Assembly (NCBI GenBank): GCA_044226015.1
Contig: JBGAHS010000004.1
Coordinates: forward strand, 160,001 to 224,000
Length of the DNA: 64,000 nucleotides
Source: Candidatus Obscuribacteraceae bacterium
Lineage (GTDB): Bacteria > Cyanobacteriota > Vampirovibrionia > Obscuribacterales > Obscuribacteraceae
Direction of reading: 5' to 3'
The number at the start of each line of letters is the position of its first letter. The stretch's first letter is position 1. The translations under genes and the position numbers were made by a program. The notes beneath the pieces are model-generated. The model ran no database searches. It saw nothing but the letters and a program-made list of their open reading frames with translations, and was not told the origin of the DNA. Shown here piece by piece: positions 60,101-64,000 of the stretch.

Positions 60101-60931
60101 GCTCCGCCTGCAAGCAGTTCTGCTCTTATTAATAGTGAATTCCGCCCTGCCTCAGGAGACGCAATAGGGAGTCATCTTGTGTCCAATCTGAACAGCTTTG
60201 TTTTAAATCAATCAGCTGCCTCGTCTTCGTTGAATACCTTAAGTGGTGCCGCTATAAATAGCAAACTTCGTGAATCTAATGGACAAAGTGGAGGTCCTGT
60301 ATTTTTTCAATCAGCGGGGGGACCTCATTCCGCTAAAGCTGACGACTCTAACTTACGTCCAATAGCTTTCACTTCCTGTAACTTGAAATTGAGTGAGGTT
60401 CAACGAGCAGAAGTGGCTGCCAGTGTCATCTTCAGCACTCCTGATCTTTGTGTTGAAGATGCTTCGAATGAATTGCATGTCTCACATGGAACGCTAATAC
60501 TTGTTCCAAAAACTGATACCAAGTTAGTTCTGGGTGGATTAGTTTGTACCGTAAAAAGGGGCGTCGTTCTCTATGCAAGAGTAGGAAAAGAAAGCACTGA
60601 AATCGTGAATCTTGCCGATAAGCAGCGAGGGCAAGTTGAAGTTCTAACTCCAAACGGTGCTGTTCAAGTGGAGATGGGTAAGACACTGGTCTTATCTAAT
60701 TCTGCTGAGCGTCTGCAATCAGAATTTCCAGTTAGAAATGAAGTCAGGCATTCGAGTTTGCTGACTGCGGATATTTCGTTGCCATATCTCCTAACGACAG
60801 AGTTGGCTAAAGGCTTGAAGTCGAGTGATTTAGGTTCTGACCGTTCAGCATATCTGCATGTACTGAAGTCTTGCGCAGCTTACGTTTCGATGAACAAGAA
60901 GCAGGGCTATGCTTTTTCTTCGCGTAAGTAA
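54128..60931 (+). CDS. Giant Gly/Ser/Thr/Asn-rich beta-helix (filamentous-haemagglutinin-like) surface protein
   Basis: About 2270 aa; signal-like N-terminus; recurring GGxVxL / GxIxL repeats; distinct ~200-aa C-terminal domain. Confidence 0.8.
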   Translation: MRKICGPKIRTGTISAVCTSSNLALAATVFLSTICTYTPAFGQELPSSQGTRPGSHVGAPVVPSASALNQILHSGIKTFVINGGNYQGDVQIPRGVTLVNIADKNSQSLNIQGSLVDSGRLVFRGAEVSQANLNAQNVFVRSGASIASLDNLTLSISALNNIVNAGTISSASGLNLFAGNSITNISGTGHTALIQAGNAINLFAGAGGIINTGLIQSHSGDISLNSASAAQYAVLSQALLSQVSSYTESSLLLNNNHGVIEALSGGISAQSVQNLSLIAGDYLSNSLNLKGVDVFANVSKVSGVVNAEACNAHLFADSPNLSVGTWNVSGDPIIANTGNVPLSDQMTNGAPLVVVAGKDITWTNGITNKIDTRGTNGGNVYLVAGAKFTPSPYLSSTVPITITGASSTGGKIDFTGSSFQGIVTDPLTSPGSAGNVEMSAFSGSAAGSGTIKFPLASSISTLGAGSGSSGHIFAVAGGSLNTSANPSIVLPDLNSAGGTGVGSSGLSGGHMIISTTQPNVSPTNPMVLDPVDGRVLQGGILGGALANSAIQIKSISTGGGQVYVLSGLSTQVSSNINTTGNSGRPGGAVNLLAGANGKDPANSDLNILGTITTDGASGFPSGKVNLVSSGNVNVGDIDTKSADAAAGSVFIGAGSANSSGTINFTNITTSASGSATQKSGSVVIISTSTCSTCPTPGVITGTSIDSSNTSLSAAAAPVSISATGNIQLQSVTAKGSASGTGGVGGSVFLSSAASILASSGIDTSASGAGNQAGGIYLIASGSVSSGTTQTQSGASSPNLVISPNFVSSSPSIQGNALNVQITFNGNTAPAAFNPGGYVAINDQLGAKKGGTVITLTVQNDNNVLVPIVSRSATPFTLIGSATAPSGISAKLSNSSSMVFFGAGGLNIGSANAFLTSPVTPFPIAVVSANRGNVQINNASLFGRSLNIANAVSNSGTIFLSSPGLTVGPVVSGATPSKGSSITLDALSAGTLLLTDSISSAAAVTLMPTGIGNMQEQTPSVIDASALFLGNANLNGQLGSTPNPIYADVNRLVVNTDVAVQGNGASVESVSDMTVSFSVGGVFQLTGGNSIILDNTKPNFAGGTASIAVGNISALKTTPAILSPAILLTSSNPHGIGTSAIPVNIGNVAGNTNPILLQTDSASAPLFISSSANNGVEITSTPINAGSFSLASGGNIIFDPGAAIISLSSITLNSKAGISVAANTASLKAATALNLVAGTAGIGFGSFGGGTVVVESTSLNIQSVGPVVLAQSGAVTFSGVSNVGKSTSDSFSLLSLGNNVTFATGASINTPSFLAISSTGGAITQASATAISINSSQLRLDGLVVGGANPLGIKGGSLRLNTSSAVNLLSSTGVVFADMAVTGSFNLEVKSGNINADVSVVPYAILSNDVSLKIDSTGDIGSASRPLVLDTGSNNIALSLQAEASKGSVYISGAADLTKGAVGLTVKNSSAGSMFSISTLAPVTFDSTSKFAITAGKSVTVFSNSKLTQSGTAAAISSPVVSLSNTGTTNTILLSNLVGKTAAVDLTFATKLAPASYQGASLRLVGSSVLSNSAAVTASTTSGDISIAAGATVKLTDGSPATLSLLSSGNIFQAAKGTTLSVPNLNLSALGSNTSIGTAAVNIGTSSGRPASILLNPDATGNVFITNNGQVSLVTTTTTVKTFQLSTTGPDALGAILVSNSFTASDINLHAGGAAGIAISSPITATNNMTLSTAGVGSILGFATISASNLGLSTGSGAIGGSTPMLTAVTSSITANVSSGVAGGVNISNTGANVILKNSSSGGSFTFTNNGTLTVNSVTSRAAFTSLQGTIIVSTTGGASNLNIAPSAKISTSSGSILFQNANATGLIDVGKGAKISTMSPIAGSSGSVGFLVGATFGSLVSGQVLPAGLSLGKVTGGGVYSLGQTSGSSVKVSSPGNVLNLIGQAVLFDTGAGSPQLITLGGGVVITADPVDPSAAQAASLTGAALKATALAPPASSSALINSEFRPASGDAIGSHLVSNLNSFVLNQSAASSSLNTLSGAAINSKLRESNGQSGGPVFFQSAGGPHSAKADDSNLRPIAFTSCNLKLSEVQRAEVAASVIFSTPDLCVEDASNELHVSHGTLILVPKTDTKLVLGGLVCTVKRGVVLYARVGKESTEIVNLADKQRGQVEVLTPNGAVQVEMGKTLVLSNSAERLQSEFPVRNEVRHSSLLTADISLPYLLTTELAKGLKSSDLGSDRSAYLHVLKSCAAYVSMNKKQGYAFSSRK

Positions 60932-60956
60932 AAGTTGATTGCTTATGTGGCTGATT

Positions 60957-61061
60957 CTTGCTGCTGTTGATGGAGCCTTGCTGCTGTTGATCCTTGCTGC
61001 TGCTGGTTGATCCGTGTGGCTGCTGGTTGATCCGTGGCTGATAGATTGTGCTGCTAGATCC
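60957..61061. repeat. Degenerate intergenic tandem repeat (GCTGCTG(G)TTGAT core)
   Basis: Four good units and several decayed units. Confidence 0.7.
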
Positions 61062-61116
61062 TCGTGCTGGCAATCAACCGTGTTCCCCGGCTGCTGCACA
61101 AGAAGACCTTGAACAT

Positions 61117-61150
61117 AAAAGAAAAGCCGAGTCTTTTGACTCGGCTTTCT
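61117..61150. terminator. Intrinsic terminator after sucD
   Basis: AAAGCCGAGTC-tttt-GACTCGGCTTT with a flanking A-run. Confidence 0.85.
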
Positions 61151-61170
61151 TGATAGAACTAAGCTAATGC

Positions 61171-62058
61171 TTATTTGCTTACTGGTTGTTTGACCAATTT
61201 GGCTGCTTTTTCAGCAACTTCGCGAGGAGTCATTGCAACTTCGATGCCGACAGCTTGAAGCGCCTTCATCTTGGATGCTGCTGTTCCCTTGTCACCAGAT
61301 ATGATGGCGCCGGCGTGACCCATGCGCTTCCCGGGAGGTGCGGTTTGACCAGCAATGTACGCAACAACAGGCTTTTTGATGTTGTGCTTAATGAATTCAG
61401 CAGCTTCTTCTTCAGCTGTTCCACCGATTTCTCCGATGAGAACAATTACTTCAGTTTCGGGGTCGTTTTCAAACATGGTCAATACTTCAGGGTATTCCAT
61501 GCCTTTCACTGGGTCGCCACCAACGCCAACGCAGGTTGATTGACCCATGTTGTTGTCTGTTAGTGCAAGTGCGATTTCGTATGTTAACGTTCCGCTCTTG
61601 CTGACCATTCCAACTGGTCCCTTCTTGAAGATTGAGCCAGGAAGAATTCCGAGCAACGCTTCTGATGGTGTGATCACGCCTGGGCAGTTTGGTCCCACCA
61701 TTTTGACGCCTTTAGCTTTTGCTTGAGCAACAAGCTTTGCTGTGTCTTGTGGTGGCATGCCTTCGGTGATAACTACCAACAAGCTGATGCCTGCATCGAT
61801 AGCTTCGCACGACGCATCGAGCACCAAATATGGTGGTACGAATACAACGGTGGCTGTAGCGCCAGTTGCGTCCATAGCTTCTCTAACGGTGTCGAACACT
61901 GGCAATTCTGTGCCAGGAACTTTCGAGCCGCCGCGACCTGGTGTGACGCCACCTACGACTTGAGTACCGTAGGCAAGCATGCGCTTGGTGTGTGCTGCAC
62001 CCATCTTACCTGTGGCGCCTTGCACGATTACTTTGGTGTTCTTATTTACGAGAATCAC
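61171..62058 (-). CDS. sucD: Succinyl-CoA synthetase alpha subunit
   Basis: [40 protein letters not shown]. Confidence 0.97.
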   Translation of the reverse strand: MILVNKNTKVIVQGATGKMGAAHTKRMLAYGTQVVGGVTPGRGGSKVPGTELPVFDTVREAMDATGATATVVFVPPYLVLDASCEAIDAGISLLVVITEGMPPQDTAKLVAQAKAKGVKMVGPNCPGVITPSEALLGILPGSIFKKGPVGMVSKSGTLTYEIALALTDNNMGQSTCVGVGGDPVKGMEYPEVLTMFENDPETEVIVLIGEIGGTAEEEAAEFIKHNIKKPVVAYIAGQTAPPGKRMGHAGAIISGDKGTAASKMKALQAVGIEVAMTPREVAEKAAKLVKQPVSK

Positions 62059-62083
62059 TTTCTTATCTCCTAGCCAATTGGTA

Positions 62084-63190
62084 CTACTTAGCGGCAGCTA
62101 CAGCTGCTTTAACGGCGTCCTCGATATCTGGATATAGTTTGGTGCCCGACTCAGCGAGCATCTTTTCTGCAATATCCTGATTGTTGCCACGAAGGCGAAC
62201 AACCATTTTGCGATCTGGGTGGCGCTTCATGAATTCAACGAGTGCTGTTGCAACTTCATCGCATGCAGTGATTCCGCCGAGAATGTTCAGAAGAATTACT
62301 TTTACGGTTGGGTTTTCGCTGATGATTTCCAGACCAGCGAGTGTCTTTTCGGAATCGCTTCCGCCGCCAGCATCAAGGAAGTTACTTGGGTTGCCACCAA
62401 AGTTCTTAACCATGTCCATTGTGGCCATCGTCAAGCCTGCGCCGTTGCACATGATGCCGATGTTGCCTTCGAGTTCGACCAGGTTGAGTCCAGCTTTCTT
62501 CGATTTGCGTTCGCGTTCCGGCAGGTCGCTCATATGCTTATCAGCCCAGCCGTTGAATCTTTCCTGGCGTCCGAGTGAATCGTCATTGACTGTCATCTTT
62601 CCATCAAGCGCAAGTACATCATCACCCTTGGTGACAACAAGCGGGTTGATTTCTGCAAGGTCGAGATCCAATTCTTCGAAGCAGCGATACAGCTTGTTAG
62701 CAACATCGGCAATCTTCGCAGCCAGGGCGCCTTTCAAGCCCATAGCTTGAGCAACTTTTCTACCCTGGAATGCGGAGTATGGGTATGTGATTGGAACTGT
62801 CACGATTTTGTCGTTGCTTTCAATTTCAATTCCACCGTCCGCTGCAGCGATGAAAATTGGGCACGCACGAGCGCGGTCTAAAGTGATTGCTAAATACATC
62901 TCTTTTTTGAGGTCGCACTTTGGCTCGACGAGCAAGCTCTCGGTTTTGGAATTCTTGATGGTCAAGCCGAGCAAAGTTTCAGCGAGTTTTTCGCCTTCTT
63001 CCAGGTCTTTTGCAAACTTGATTCCGCCTGCTTTGCCACGTCCACCTGAGAGTACCTGGCACTTCAAAGTCAGCGGGTAACCGAAATGAACTGTGCGCAG
63101 TTGTTCTGGCTTAGTGATTCTGACGCTGGGCGGAGTTTTGATTCCAAATTCCGCAAAAATTCGTTTGGCTTCGTATTCGTAAAGGTCCAC
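62084..63190 (-). CDS. sucC: Succinyl-CoA synthetase beta subunit
   Basis: [42 protein letters not shown] at 63190 after GAGGAG. Confidence 0.96.
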   Translation of the reverse strand: MDLYEYEAKRIFAEFGIKTPPSVRITKPEQLRTVHFGYPLTLKCQVLSGGRGKAGGIKFAKDLEEGEKLAETLLGLTIKNSKTESLLVEPKCDLKKEMYLAITLDRARACPIFIAAADGGIEIESNDKIVTVPITYPYSAFQGRKVAQAMGLKGALAAKIADVANKLYRCFEELDLDLAEINPLVVTKGDDVLALDGKMTVNDDSLGRQERFNGWADKHMSDLPERERKSKKAGLNLVELEGNIGIMCNGAGLTMATMDMVKNFGGNPSNFLDAGGGSDSEKTLAGLEIISENPTVKVILLNILGGITACDEVATALVEFMKRHPDRKMVVRLRGNNQDIAEKMLAESGTKLYPDIEDAVKAAVAAAK

Positions 63191-63763
63191 AATCCCTCTC
63201 CTCAAGATGTTGAGATGTAGCAGGCATGTCGCCTAGCCACAGCTTCCGAACGCTAGGTTCTGCTTATGGCTATCGAATTTTACGTTGCTGTACTCGTTTA
63301 CCTATAAATGATCATGAAATGTTCGATATGTTGGCTTAACAGTCCTCAATGCTCCTTACTTACGCTTGAGAAGTCATTTACTGTCTGCGGCTTTCTGTGA
63401 TCCATTTCATAATTCAAGATCTGGCATCTTCCATCGCTGTTGAATTAGATTTTGACCCAATTGAGGTATCTTGGTAGCGATTGAAAATAAATCAGCACCG
63501 TATGTGGTGTTGTCTACTTAGTCTAAGTCGTTGAATTGATGCTGCAGGAATTCTGTTTGCCAGCCTCGGTTTCGCTTGCATTGGGGCTTTTACTAAAACG
63601 CGTGATTTCTGCGTGAGAATGCCCTCCAGTAAAGAATGTTCCAGAGTTCGGTTTAATCTAAAACCTGCGGAAGTCCGTCAAATTTTTGCGGGCATCGGAT
63701 ACATCTGAGCACGCAGAAGATGATGCAATATTCGATAGGGTAGAGTGAAATCGGGGTATCTCA

Positions 63764-64000
63764 ATGAATTCGGCTGTAAACGGTTCATGGTTCGGAACAG
63801 GCAAATGGTCCTCTAACAAACAAACGGTTTCTCAAACTGTAAAAGGAGACCATTTGTCGACATTAAATCAAGTCGCTAATTTGGTTCGCTCTTGTTCAAA
63901 TAATCAAGTGAAGAATTCTTGTGAGAGAATCTTCTTGTATATAACTGATGTAAACCCTGAGCTAGAAGAGCTTTCGCTCCTATTTTCTCAGCCATACTAG
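63764..64000 (+). CDS. Possible small hypothetical protein
   Basis: 78-aa ORF at the window edge; no recognisable motif. Confidence 0.3.
   Translation: MNSAVNGSWFGTGKWSSNKQTVSQTVKGDHLSTLNQVANLVRSCSNNQVKNSCERIFLYITDVNPELEELSLLFSQPY

Noticed and set aside
63200..63760. Long intergenic region upstream of sucC
   Set aside because: No recognisable RNA motif or repeat by eye.

Overview
This is a gene-dense chromosomal window with about 45 CDSs. I saw no tRNA, rRNA, CRISPR array, transposase or integrase. Housekeeping genes (rpe, cysE, fabF, cobU, def, yvcK, glgB, sucCD) are mixed with many lineage-specific, low-complexity or repeat proteins. The gene style suggests a non-photosynthetic relative of Cyanobacteria (Vampirovibrionia/Melainabacteria, possibly Obscuribacterales); this is inference only. 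Most notable: (1) a ~215-nt, apparently tandem, highly structured RNA-like leader (848-1060, minus strand) directly upstream of an SPFH/slipin gene; (2) a second compact 88-nt three-way-junction RNA candidate (28988-29075); (3) an accessory region at 29-47 kb with three tandem S53 proteases, a His-rich repeat protein, a Cys-Cys/glycine-zipper protein, a Pro-Arg repeat protein carrying a triplicated ~74-aa domain that is also echoed in the His-rich protein, a two-component system and recurring 11-bp-spaced TTCAC boxes; (4) an acyl-CoA dehydrogenase lacking its catalytic residues; (5) an OLD-type TOPRIM protein with no ATPase, coupled to a membrane protein; (6) a stand-alone RapZ C-terminal domain. 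All calls come from reading motifs by eye; no searches or folding programs were run.
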